Origin: Leptogorgia sarmentosa
Lineage: Eukaryota
Length of the DNA: 64,000 nucleotides
Assembly: GCA_964658305.1 (NCBI GenBank)
Contig: OZ210885.1
Location: forward strand, 13,330,001-13,394,000
Reading direction: 5' to 3'
Within the stretch, counting starts at the first letter, position 1; every line of letters starts with the position of its first letter. The notes below the pieces were generated by a model, which saw only the letters and a program-made list of their open reading frames with translations, was not told where the DNA came from and made no database searches. The position numbers and the translations under genes are program-made. This document shows, in pieces, positions 50,501 to 60,612 of the stretch.

Positions 50501-50829
50501 TTCACTTGGCATGTCTTGTTGTCCTGAAGTAGTCGCCATATTTGTTTTCGTAGAATCATCGATTTGTCGGTCGAAAATCTCTCGTTTCTCGACGGATCCG
50601 GCTCTCGAAGGACCAAACTTGTTCCCGAATGAACGGACGGTCGGATCAGGCAAGCAAAGGCAGAAACGCGAGAGATTTTAATACATTTCTCAGGCTTTTA
50701 ATGTAACACTTTGTACGAAAAACTATGGAATATAACAAAAAAAAAACGTGCTCTTCCGAAGGCCCGCCCGCCAATATAACAGCGGCGTCCTGATTGTCTA
50801 AGTACTTCATGTACCTTTGTTCGAGAACA
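44542..50829 (-). mobile_element. Full-length BEL/Pao LTR retrotransposon
   Basis: Identical 210-bp TG..CA LTRs (44542-44751 and 50620-50829), 5-bp TSD AATCT, PBS TGGTCCTTCGAG (tRNA-Tyr-like), PPT GGAGGGGGA. Confidence 0.97.
44831..50653 (-). CDS. BEL/Pao gag-pol polyprotein (Gag with Zn knuckles, protease, RT, RNase H, integrase); true start probably at MATT (~50539)
   Basis: CYRCLAAGH, LDPCS, ADISEMF, YVDD, FSDAS, TIPRLEL, GVDYGGP, SDNGTNF, GGVFE, W.LARV..PGSDG.VR. Confidence 0.95.
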   Translation of the reverse strand: MPDPTVRSFGNKFGPSRAGSVEKREIFDRQIDDSTKTNMATTSGQQDMPSEDQPTETIQQVDATQDVQDVDKEDEQVSNGKVQALRSSKKAAKARLTRARKSLNDLIGKQLPGVDLPSKNAIRRGINKVNSEFCIIQKIIGNLKETYAVSAENDDANTIIDTLDKELEDIASLVEPVIVMAEKHLAERLQNGEADSVITSHQSQASSPAKSNELQVIEEKQREAKEAIERLTQMENEEKEKEQELERLMAELNLTKQRTEEARKIAALNQSRAEEAKRKSQPSDLNTVHDFRTKDQRERKDQHQKAAPIRLKGVTLPTFSGEEKSDYESWKAAFMSVVDRLDVPVEEKMLRLQSCLSGKALAMVKDLGYSSNAYERAKSKLEKRYGGERRLQIKHLTALRNFRQVQPQNLQDLEELQTLLEKVLIATQDHGPIHGQSLCLTAKEKLPEEYVQAYKYWLRDHSCEDNFDSLLEWIEIRVQIMEEAHEETKGIGRKEERGANFKKRQRGYATSSAPRSCVVPNYREDHPPWICKAFKDLPVIKRKELIAKSGRCYRCLAAGHHSKDCTRSRPCGVGGCLSREHSSYLHLANPKKRDSGEQLRPDAPTYAPPGQSVQNKVSPPSKTDHHTLPPPNQQFQERTHATTKVENVSLMVIPALIGNGRRDIKANVMLDPCSTSSYVSEDAAHELGLQGQTLNLTIAGTGGIEIQKRSRRVELNVTSLDRSFTAPVQAHVLDNIAGDTPAIQWCELRKKWPHLQAVPFHRVSKRQQIDVMLGSDHPIFHHVLNEIHGRLPNDPIARLTNLGWVCFGPTLVDEFRRESRSHFTRTYRTGQVDRQLPPEDLLRKFWDLEVLGIKDTSSQQAMTAEERAATAAVAGSLKFEGGRYEVGIPWKHGEPNLSSNYDAAVLRLENQERSLRRKGTDIVEAYGTILQEYEKKGYIAKVPTSTVKEQWFLPHFPVIRPSKHTTKVRIVFDAAMKHGGKSLNDCILPGPKLQREIVDVLTRFRRAPVALSADISEMFLQVGLQEKDRPYHRFLWRDLDPSREPDVYEFRRLLFGNTASPFCAQYVVHAHAQAHAGTFPAAAESVDNAMYVDDLVDDTPETAHDLQQQLSDLLGTAGFRLRKWTSNEPSVVASIPENDRLMAVEINKEEPSRTKTLGIMWEPERDAFSFTVDPPDSSKPLTKRNVLSAIATVYDPLQFLAPFSVRAKILMQEIWRAGLDWDEPLPNDLAVKWKKWSAELLQLPNVFIPRCLRLPKPQRKELHLFSDASKDAYAAVGFLVCRYDDDSTSSRLVASKCRVAPAKVMTIPRLELMGAILSARLAQSLLRVLTVDQVVFWTDSENVWYWVRNHSKQFKPFVANRVAEIQRTTSPEQWRHVPGTQNPADLATRGLSATELADSTFWLEGPPFLRDNESAWPSTPSRPTTVSDSGEMRATQTYLGTVTNVSLEIVPNNFSSFHRLCRVTAWIQRYIANCKRSKETRQRGRVLSPAEILRSEQFWIKQAQKDGFPQGARTGCLLRLSPKNDGNGLLRMDGRLKHADELSYDSRHPIFLPKEHAVTRLIVMDAHKELGHGTGVEQVLTQLRSRFWVVKGRRVVRNVVESCVECRRRFSVKTAQQKMAPLPQPRFQSMRAFERVGVDYGGPYLTKQGRGKSRSKRYLCLFTCLATRAVHLEMAYSLDTSSFINAFTRMVSRRGTPVYVISDNGTNFVGAERELRELVQAFDQDQIVQQTNKYHPIDWKFNPPSAPHFGGVFEALIKSAKKAIKVVLGNADITDEELHTAICGAEKLLNSRPLTYVSSDVNDPVPLTPNHLIIGQLGGVFAPEALDQEEAYNPRNRWHRVQQLLQSFWKRWKREFLPRINVAKKWFHPRHNIKSGDVVLIAEPQANRGEWPLARVVEAYPGSDGLVRTVKLKSKNKEYIRPIHRLCPLEYIAEGEDSKQ

Positions 50830-51972
50830 AATCTAACTTTTCGATTCATTTTCTGCTCGGCGCTTCCTCCTCGCGTCGTGGGCTACTCAGACGTGTTTCC
50901 ACGCGCGTGTCACGTGACCGCGCATTTGTTTTAAAACCCCGGGGACGAGGCTGGCACAGAAACACGTTTCCCGGCGTTTTCAGGCGGGAATTTGTTTTAA
51001 CGATCGGTACAATCATGCATGATCTTGTGGAAAAAACCTAATGTGAATTCATAACTGTATGAGGAGAAGAGATATTTTCCTTTGTTAAGAAAGACAAGTA
51101 ATTCACGACTTCATTCCCTGCAAAAAAGTGAGCGGGGGAACCACAGGCTCCAGAGCCCTCATCTTTCGCCGGGTCTGCCATCTAAGACACAGTAGCATGT
51201 ACGACGTTAGAAATTATAGGTTATGATTTGGTTTGAAATAAGAAATACAATTTCCGTCACTCTAACACTTCCCCAACAATATAATCTTTCTAACGATTTT
51301 GTTTAATTTATGTCTTCACTGTTTATGTACGCATTTAACTGCATTTATATAACCCCGTGAATAAAGTTACTGGAGAAAGTTTGGTTAGTTTATTTGAGTT
51401 CAGGGGTCTACTAGAGTTTTCGTTATATTGTATCATCAGCCTTATAACATGAGCCTTTTGTGGCGATTGTAACAGATATAAATCATTAAAGTCGATAGTT
51501 GCACACTCATTTCTGTTCCGGTTTAAAATATGTCAGTACGAAGTCCTGGAATGCATTAAATGTGACCTTACAGGTTTCAAAACAAAGCGCATAACGTGGA
51601 TGTCGTACAGTTTAAGGCAGAGTTTCCAGTCCATGCCTTCGATTATCTAAGGTCTGATTCAAATCTTCTTTAAATTTAAAAACAAATTTGATATAACGTC
51701 AGTAAATCAAAATATAGTTTATGCCAATCAACCGAAATCTGCGTATTACATATACTGACACCTGCACGCTGACGATTTCCTCTGTGTTTTCTTCATGAAT
51801 TATTAATGAGTTTCAGAAGTATATATACCCATGTTTTGTAAAAATTGTATACATTCCTAATAATGAATACGCCGAGTCGAAACGTGGAACAAACAATTCA
51901 AAAAATTTCTTGTGTTCGGATGTTTGTATTTCTATATGTACAGTATGACTAGTATAGGCTTGTGTATCTTAC

Positions 51973-52079
51973 CTTTATTGAGAACTTCGTTGTGTTCGTT
52001 CGTAGAACTTCCTTTGACAGCGACACGACATAGCGATCATCAGCAGAGACTGCAACATGTTTTGCCCGTTCAAGGTCAC
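51973..52079 (-). CDS. WD40-repeat protein, exon 4 (not in the ORF track)
   Basis: AG|GDLERAKHVAVSADDRYVVSLSKE..FSIK|GT; phases 1 and 0. Confidence 0.85.
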
Positions 52080-52627
52080 CTATTGATCAGGAAGGAAAAA
52101 TAATCAATTCAGAAATTAAAGTAAACATCAAAAGGATATTTTCTGTAACAGTCAGAAATGATCAGCTTGGACGCGTTATTAAAATTAATGTAAAAATCTT
52201 TGCAATTTAAGGATTTATATGCAATGAAAAGAAAACTCTTGAGGAGTGGATTAAATACTGTATCTAATATGGCTGGATACTTTAACAAGCAGCAAAATTT
52301 CTATTCACCAACTGAACGATAGGCAGTGAATTTGTTTTCTAACGTTTAGGTAGTAAGTAGAACTTTTGTTGCTTGTTGATGTTATTATATCCGGCCGAAC
52401 CTTCACGGGTCGTATATTGAACCTTATTTTAGTGGGCTAGACCATAAACTATCAAAAGAATGGACTGGAAAACGCACGTTGAAACTGCACAACAACCGTG
52501 ATACGCTTTATGTGGAACCACGTAACTTCACATTAAATCCTTTCCAAGACTTCGTATAGACATATTTGAAACCAGAAGAGAAATGAGTGTGCATCTATCC
52601 GCTGTTCAAGGCAAAAATTCATTGTTG

Positions 52628-53524
52628 CAATAAGTGGTGAGGAATTTTATATCTTGATATTTTGCTTGCGTTGTGTTTGTCATTGTTGTCTTTCAGTATC
52701 AAATATTCCGTATCTCTGCACTCTTCTTTATACTCCATACTCCTGTAATAAACAAACAACTTCACAGTTGCTCCATTGTACCGTTATTATTATTTACTCC
52801 TTGTGATCGCAAAGCTCACACGGGGTCACTCAATTTCTCACGGGGTCACTCGTTTATTTTGAGGAGATCGCTAGATGGTATACTCCAAAATAAGATATCC
52901 GCGACTGCTGTACCTTCACGTCAGCGGTGATAGAAATTTCTATTGGCGTATTCACAAAATAAACCAGTCCCAAACCATAAATCTGACCCTAACCACGAGT
53001 CCCAAACCATAACCAAAGGTTAGGGTCAGATTTATGGTTTGGGACTGGTTTATTTTGTGAGTACGCCAATAGAAATTTCTATCACCGCTGACGTGAATGT
53101 ACAGCAGTCGCGGATATCTTATTTTGGAGTATACCATCCAGCGATCTCCTTTATTTTAACGATCCTTCACAATTGGTAAATACAAATCGTATGCACTCGC
53201 CAACCGTGGAGTAGCCATTAATCTCTATGTATTGTCTTTCCGTAAACGAGAGGAACTCTTCGAAATTTCTGAAACAAAGTGTATAAGTAGACAATCGCCA
53301 AATCTCATAAAACATTTCCCTTTCGTCAATGATGTAAATAGAGATGTGTACGATTTGTAAATAATAAAATTCGAATAAACGAGCCAACTGCGCATGAAGT
53401 AATTTGTTTATTATATGAATACAAGGAATAGTGTAGAGATACGGAATATTTGATACACACAGACGACAATGACAAACACAACACGAGCGAAATACCAAAA
53501 TATAAAATTTCTCACCACTTATTG
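52628..53524. mobile_element. Older foldback element with ~150-bp diverged TIRs
   Basis: CAATAAGTGGTGAG..CCGTATCTCT and its reverse complement at 53380-53524. Confidence 0.7.
52861..53149. mobile_element. Near-perfect palindromic MITE nested in the foldback element
   Basis: ~130-bp arms with a ~24-bp loop; candidate 8-bp TSD TTTATTTT. Confidence 0.85.
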
Positions 53525-53863
53525 CTTTGTTTTCAAGTTTTATTTCGTCATTCTGCATGAAACTAGTTGAAATTTTGTAATTATGATTGGTTATAAGAAT
53601 ATCAAAGTAATTCTTTTCTTTACATACAATTATCTTAGGAAATACAAATTAACGGCAATTAACTTTATTAATTTACGAAAGCCTGCTATCCATTCAACTG
53701 TACTTAACCATCGGTTTTCTGTCTTCATATCAGTGCAGAGCGTTGCAGACAATATCAATTTAGTAAAATAAAAATGAATTTAGTCAGTGAAATGAAATGA
53801 AAACGAGATCGTCCGCAACCTATTTATAAGAAAGCTGGCCCAAATAGACAATTTGAACTATAC

Positions 53864-54102
53864 CTTTGACAGAAAAGCACTGTGCATGTGTGTGAAGATT
53901 CCAAACTTTGAAAGTACTATCATTTGAAGCGGTAACGCATCTAGACTCATCACGAGCGATTGTGATATCTGTGACGTCATTTGAATGATCAGAGAGACTG
54001 TATTGTTCCATGTACGCAGCAGTTCCCAGGTTCCAAACCCTGATACTTCTATCCCATGACGCTGTCAATGCCTTCTTTGCGTTGGGAATTATTGCGACAC
54101 CG
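53864..54102 (-). CDS. WD40-repeat protein, exon 3
   Basis: ALTASWDRSIRVWNL..DHSNDV..VTASNDSTFKVWNL; phases 2 and 1. Confidence 0.9.
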
Positions 54103-54831
54103 CTGGAATATTACAAGTTGATTGTTTATTTCTAATAATAATTTTTTCTACCGAAAAAAGGCAAAGACGATCTCTGTCAGACCAATGTTATCAAAATATG
54201 CTGTATAATTTATTCACTTTAATTTTTGCAAAAATCTTTCTATTACTATGTCAACAATTAAGAAGATAGATAGATAAAACTTTTATTTACATAGGGTAGT
54301 CCCGTCAGTAATAAAAATAACTGTTATCAACGGGAGCCCTATAGACATATTGTAGAATTCAGTACTGCAGAAAATCAACGAAAGCAACAATACAAGATAG
54401 GGTAATGAAAGATGTACAACAGGTAAAATTATGTTGCATTGGATGTCATACGCTTAATTTCCTACGTTTATCCCTCATTAAAATCTTTCTAAAGCCCAAG
54501 TCGTCCATTGCAAATAAGCACGACTATAGCCACAAGCCAATTAGTATATTAGTGTAATAAATAGAAATTCTTGTAGCGTTGCGAACAAATGGATGACTGA
54601 AAATTACTTTCATGGCGTTCATCTTCGCTATCTTTTCAATTCATCAATAACTGATTTCAAGAAGCAGTACGTCTAAGTGTGACTGTTAAATATCGTAATA
54701 AATTAATACAATTACACAAAACAGAATGTGTTGTATGTTAAGCTTAATGTTATGTATCGGGTCTTCGTTGTTGCCTTTCCCGCATAACGATCCTTTCGTT
54801 AAATTAGATATAGCTGCTAGAGTGAACCCAC

Positions 54832-55072
54832 CTGATGCGATTGGTATGACCTTCATAACAGGAAAGGGAATTTCCAGTGTGGAAACACCACAACCTCACA
54901 CTTCCTTTATCGTCTCCAGAGATAATATATTTTTTATCATCGCTCACAGCAATACAAGTAAAAAGACATTGAACGTCAAGGGTACGAATTTCTTGATACG
55001 TTTTTAAATCCCAAATTTTTATTATCGTATCGTATGAAGCAGACACAAGCATTGGATTGTTTTTTCCTGAAT
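54832..55072 (-). CDS. WD40-repeat protein, exon 2
   Basis: LVSASYDTIIKIWDL..ISGDDKGSVRLW..GHTNRI; phases 1 and 2. Confidence 0.9.
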
Positions 55073-55700
55073 CTAAAAGAGAAACTTTGCACTTTAGTCG
55101 AACTGGCACAAAAAAACAAGGGAAAGCAAAGTACATGATATCCTAAATATATTCAATAACTCGATCGCTGACAGGATAAATTTTTATATATGCATTCTGC
55201 ATGTCCAGGCAATGGTTCTGCAGTAGTAGAATACCGAAAGTTTATTTTGTTGGTACCGTTAGGATATTGAAGAGAAATTGACGCAAAAAGAAATTCCAAT
55301 GTGTCAGGATAAATTTGAAATACTCAAAATATGGCCGAACCGTCTTGCACGTACAATAGTCATGATCACGAATGAATTGTGCAAAGTAACATCATTCTTC
55401 CAGTTAGTTTTGCATAAGCATAATGTTAAAGCTCATTACGACCGCGAGGAGGTTATGTAATCATCCTGGTTTGTTTGTGTGTGTGTGTGTGTGTGTTGGT
55501 CTGTGAACACGATAACTTGAGAAATATCGAACATCTTGCACAATTGTTTGGCATTGCACTAGGAAGAGATGATTACATTTTGGTTCAATTCGGGTGAGAA
55601 TCAAGTAAAACATTTATGCAAAAAAACTTTCGTTGCTTTATTTTTTAAATATGAATGCGTAATGAAGTTAATTGATATTCAGGATGTGTTGTGTGAATTA

Positions 55701-56663
55701 CACCATTTGTTACTCATAAAGATAAAACGAGCTACCGTTTGTATGAACCAGCAACGAATAAAACGTAGGGATATGCATGTGCACGGATTGAACATCAAAT
55801 TGCATGCTACGAGTATTCAATACAAAAATTTGAATATGCATAATCATTCATTATCTTGCAAATATGTTCAATATCAAAAAATAAGCTTACAATAGCGTGC
55901 ATATGGGACCCATACAAATCTAGAGAATAGACATCAGAGTCAAGAATGTAGTCATTATAATGAAAACGTTGTTTATTAACATTGTTAAACGCCAACAAGC
56001 GAACAATAAAAGGAATGTTTAATTATTACAATGGTCTTAATTGCCAACTGTGTGTTTGTGATAACAATAGAACACATATCAAATTCATTTAACACAAATA
56101 TCTTTTCAAGAAAACACTAAATAATACTTGGGATATCACGAAAGATATCGCGGGCAGTGGTATCGTTTTATGCAAACCTACATTCCACGCTGCTTAAACG
56201 GAGAGGCCATTCAGGGATAACGGAAATATGACATTTCCTTCGTGATATCCCAAGTATTATTTAGTGTTTTCTTGAAAAGATATTTCTGTTAAATGAACTT
56301 GATATGTGTTCTATTGTTATCACAAACACACAGTTGGCAATTAAGACCATTGTCATAATTAAACATTCCTTTTATTGTTCGCTTGTTGGCGTTTACGTTT
56401 TCATTATAATGAGTATATTCTTGACTCTGATGTCTATTCTCTAGATTTGTATGGGTCCCATATGCACGCTATTGTAAGCTTATTTTTTGATATTGAACAT
56501 ATTTGCAAGATAATGAATGATTATGCATATTCAAATTTTTGTATTGAGTACTCGTAGCATGCAATTTGATGTTCAATCCGTGCACATGCATATCCCTACG
56601 TTTTATTCGTTGCTGGTTCATACAAACGGTAGTTCGTTTTATCTTTATGAGAAACAAACGGTG
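55701..56663. mobile_element. Long foldback (Tc1/mariner-like) element
   Basis: ~430-440-bp inverted arms (55701-56144 and 56237-56663), ~90-bp spacer, TA on both flanks. Confidence 0.88.
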
Positions 56664-58398
56664 TAGTATATTTACGGTACCAAATTTGGGTGAAAATTTA
56701 TTAAGCCCCCACCATCTGCTTAGTACCCTCATCAGTCAAGCGGCCACCTGAAAGCAGGAAAACATAAATATCCCCCAAGGGGCTTAATAGAGGAAATACG
56801 GTAGTCTTTCTTGAAGCTGCTCGAATAGTTAATTTCGCAATACGTGTTTAATTGGATTTTATACAAAGCAAATTTCCTTCTCGTTTAATAAAAATACATA
56901 GGAAATACGCAGTCGTAATCAACATTTAATTTGGGCCTCAAAGTTCTAAAAGTTTGTTGAAGTTATTTCAAAATTTTATGATAATATAAGTGTTAAAACG
57001 AAGTTTAACTTCTGAAAAGTCTAAAAAGTTATCTCCTGAGGAAATATTCGAGTACCTAAATTTGTAATTGCTATTTCTACCTATATCCATACTATGTACT
57101 GTACATAAAGTTACGGAAAAGTCTAATGAAAGATCGTAAGAACTCTGCGTCGGTGCAATTACTCAAAACCAGAGTGTAACAGTTCTGAACAGTACGTACA
57201 CTGTTGCATGTAGCGTAATGGGAAATTTTCATTTCTGCATTAAATCATTATTAGTTTGCACATGTATTCATATTTATGTTTCGGAACATAACTGTGTTTA
57301 ACTGCTCTTAACTGTTGCCTAGCTGCTCTTTCATGTCAATGAGTAGCTGTGATAATTGACTGATTAAATTCAATTATTATCACATTTATTCAAGCAACTA
57401 TGGTATAAAATGCTGTCATATTCTGTTGTCAGCTTGTAATTCAATTAATTCTCCTGTAATTGAATTCTATTATATATTGTAGTTCAATTCGATATGTGTG
57501 CATTAATCCCCGAGCCACGGCGCGAAGCGCCGTCCGGGCGTTAGCCCGGGGCGAGGGTAATAATTCCGCTATAGCGGATTCAAAGTTGCTGGATTTGGCG
57601 GCCATTTTGGGTCATGGGTGTAAGGGTGGTCATCACTGATCTCAAAATTACGCTGGACTATCATGAAGAGCCGAAGCTTTTTAAAGCTTTTGGGCCTTTG
57701 GAAAGGCGAAAAAAAGACAAGACCTACGCTGTAAGACTTGGAAAGCCTTCTCAGAAGATATAAAATGCTGAGAAAGGGGAACAAACGACTACGGATTGAA
57801 ACACAAGATAAGTTCATCAATAGGTTGCCGGCAGTGAACTTTTGTTTTGCGTATTTACTATATCTACAGTCTACTATTTGTATGAAAGGTCGCCGTAGCC
57901 GCATTTAATCCATTCACGGCTCAATTCCAGAGTATAAGTTTATCATTTTAAAGGCAAGACTTCACAAAATATTTACAAACTTTACCCCAAACGAACACGA
58001 GCGAACATTGGCTGGAAATTGTTTCATATGAAAGACTGACTTAATTAAACCGTTTTATGCAAATAAATGTAGTATTTCGCACCAAATTCATGTTTATATT
58101 GGTCCTAATAACGTACGGATAACAAATGGTTCTCGAAATTAAAAAAAAATGCCAATAAAACAAAGATAAAAGCTGATATTCGACAGTTTTCAAAAAATTA
58201 CAGAAATATGAATTTCCGTTCGTGTTGCCATGACAATAACCTCAGGCAGCTTTGAAGTACTTCATGTTCCAAAAATATAGTTGCATTAATTGCTTAGTAA
58301 TGCGAGGGGTTGCTGCATGTATGTATTTCTAGTTAGATACATGTGAAACGGCTAGAATTGTTCTTGGTTGATGTATCCCTATGAAATGCATTTCAGAG

Positions 58399-58794
58399 CA
58401 GTGGCGTAGGAAGGTGGGGCAACGTGGGGTAAGGTGCCCTACCACCCAACTTTCACGGTTATAAGTTCCCTTTTAAAGAAGAAAGAGCCCTTCTTTCATG
58501 CCTAGGATTTGTACAGCTTTGTGATAGACATAAGAATTTGCCCAAATGTACTACAATATTTTGTAGGATTCCATCAGTCACTAGCTTTTAAATGGTTTTT
58601 TTTCAAGATGCCGCCTTGCTGATTAGAAGTTTTCCCAACCAAAAATATCATGTCTTCTTGTTGCTAAGTTATCGAAAGTTAAAGTTGAAACTTATTTAAA
58701 GTTGCAACATTTAATAGTAAAGATTTGGATTCTGTTCTCCCTGTGCCTCCGCCACCCCCCCCCCCCCCCCAACAACTTGATTCCCATGCCCTTG
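58399..58794. mobile_element. hAT MITE
   Basis: CAGTGGCGTAGGAA...TTCCCATGCCCTTG; perfect 8-bp TSD TTTCAGAG. Confidence 0.85.
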
Positions 58795-59300
58795 TTTCAG
58801 AGCTTGCTTCTATTTTTACGGCACATTATTATTACTTACAAGAGGTCTCAACGCTAATAAAATATACAATACCCAAAATGAATCTACTTGAATCTACTAG
58901 TACAGTATCACAATTTATACATTAAGGTCTGGGACACAGGGTAATCAGTTGAAATATACACACAAGCAAATTGTCTCAAAGTATTTTTAGAAAGCTAGCA
59001 TAGATAATTCTAATAGCCATTTTAAAATACTCTTAGCTTATACAAATACAACCAGCCTAAAAATTTGAAAGAAATCAGAAAGTCCTAAAATAGTGCTTGT
59101 ACATGAAAGCACTGGTTACCACCATACTAACAATTAAGGAAAGACATTGCTTTCTTTCTAGGCATAATTTTTCATTACAATATTAGAATGCTGTTGCAAG
59201 CAGGTATTTTTGTGCAATAATTGGGAAAATTTATTCCAAAACATGATATTCCCCTCCAATCCTTGCTTTATTGAACCATTGTGTTTTAAAGGAAGTTTAT

Positions 59301-60245
59301 AATATTAAAGGGTTATTGACCGAGCGTGAGGTCTGTAGCTACTGTGAAATATCAGACCGAGGTTTTTTAGTATGGACCGAGCGACGAAGGAGCGAGGTCA
59401 ATGCAAAAAACTGAGGTCTGATATTTCACAGTACAGACCGAACAAGCGAGGTCAATAAACTGTTTATTATATGGCTGAATTGAGTATTTGAGCATATGCT
59501 TTTCGCCCCAATTAAATCGGCTATCATCATTTTCACTGGGTAACAGTATACGGTAGACACACATGCTCAACCTAAAACAATTTGGTTGTTGGAGATTTAT
59601 CTCAAACTTGAAAATTAAAAAGCAAAAATCTTTTCTGTTTGCGAAGCGGAATTTCCCGCAGATAAACGACATCCGGGACACCGGTCCAGATACAGAAAAT
59701 ACGGACCACGGTCCGGATATTGGTTTTTACGGACCGCTTGTTGACAAACCAGAATAGAGAATTTTGAAAAGCCATATCATAATAAAGGGTTATTGACTGA
59801 GCGTGAGGTCTGTAGTGTGAAATATCAGACCGAGGTTTTTTAGTATGGACCAAGCGACGAAGGAGCGAGGTCAATGCAAAAGACTGAGTCTGATATTTCA
59901 CAGTACAGACTGAACAAGGGAGGTCAATAATCCGTTTATTATATGGCTGAATTGAGTTTTGAGCATAAGCTTTTCGTGTGAATTAAATCGGTTTACCATC
60001 AGTTTCACTTACATTATAGTTTATACGGTGGACATACATGTTCAATAAAAAACAATTTGGTTGGTTGGAAAATTAAAAAGCAAAAATCTTTTCTGTTTGC
60101 AAAGCGAAATTTCCCGCCAGATAAACGACATCCGGGACACCGGTCCAGATTCGGAAAATACGAACCACAGTCCGGATATGGGTTTTTAAGGACCTCTTGT
60201 CGACTAATCGGAATACAGAATTTTGAAAGGCCATATAATAATATG
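59301..60245. repeat. Tandem dimer of a ~470-bp palindrome-bearing (Crypton-like) repeat
   Basis: Two direct copies starting AAAGGGTTATTGAC (59307 and 59784), each with an internal hairpin around GCGACGAAGGAGCGAG; a related relic lies at ~29525-29660. Confidence 0.8.
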
Positions 60246-60273
60246 AAATATTAACTCATACAGTATCGTATAC

Positions 60274-60486
60274 CTGTTGCGACAACACATGTCACCCAAT
60301 CTGTATGGCCAACCAAACTGGCCTCAAAATTTAGTGTATCGGCTTTCCACAACTTGATAGTCTTTTCAGGATATGACCCAACAGTAGCAATGAACTGTCC
60401 ATCTTTGGTCGTACACAGCGACCTGACTCCCTCAGGAATACTTGTTGAGAGGTTTTCTCCGGTAGATACACAATACACTTTCAACC
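60274..60486 (-). CDS. WD40-repeat protein, most 5' exon seen (5' border uncertain: 60486 or 60532)
   Basis: LKVYCVSTGE..IATVGSYPEKTIKLWK..LVGHTDWVTCVVAT|GT; phase 1 joins exon 2 as ..VVATDSGKNN.. Confidence 0.85.
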
Positions 60487-60612
60487 CTACAACGCATGAT
60501 GGATACTCGTCAGACTGATGTTTCAATAATGTCTAACCCTAGACGATTTTGTGAAATCTTGTTTTTATTTGTGTCCCTCTCCGGCGCTGAACATGCTCTG
60601 GCTGTTGCTGGC

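Larger units (their letters stand above)
44089..50953. mobile_element. AcademH-type non-autonomous element, interrupted by the BEL/Pao insertion
   Basis: TIR CAGCCTCGTCCCCGG..GCGCGGTCRCGTGACACG (~55 bp); perfect 9-bp TSD GCACAGAAA. Confidence 0.8.
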
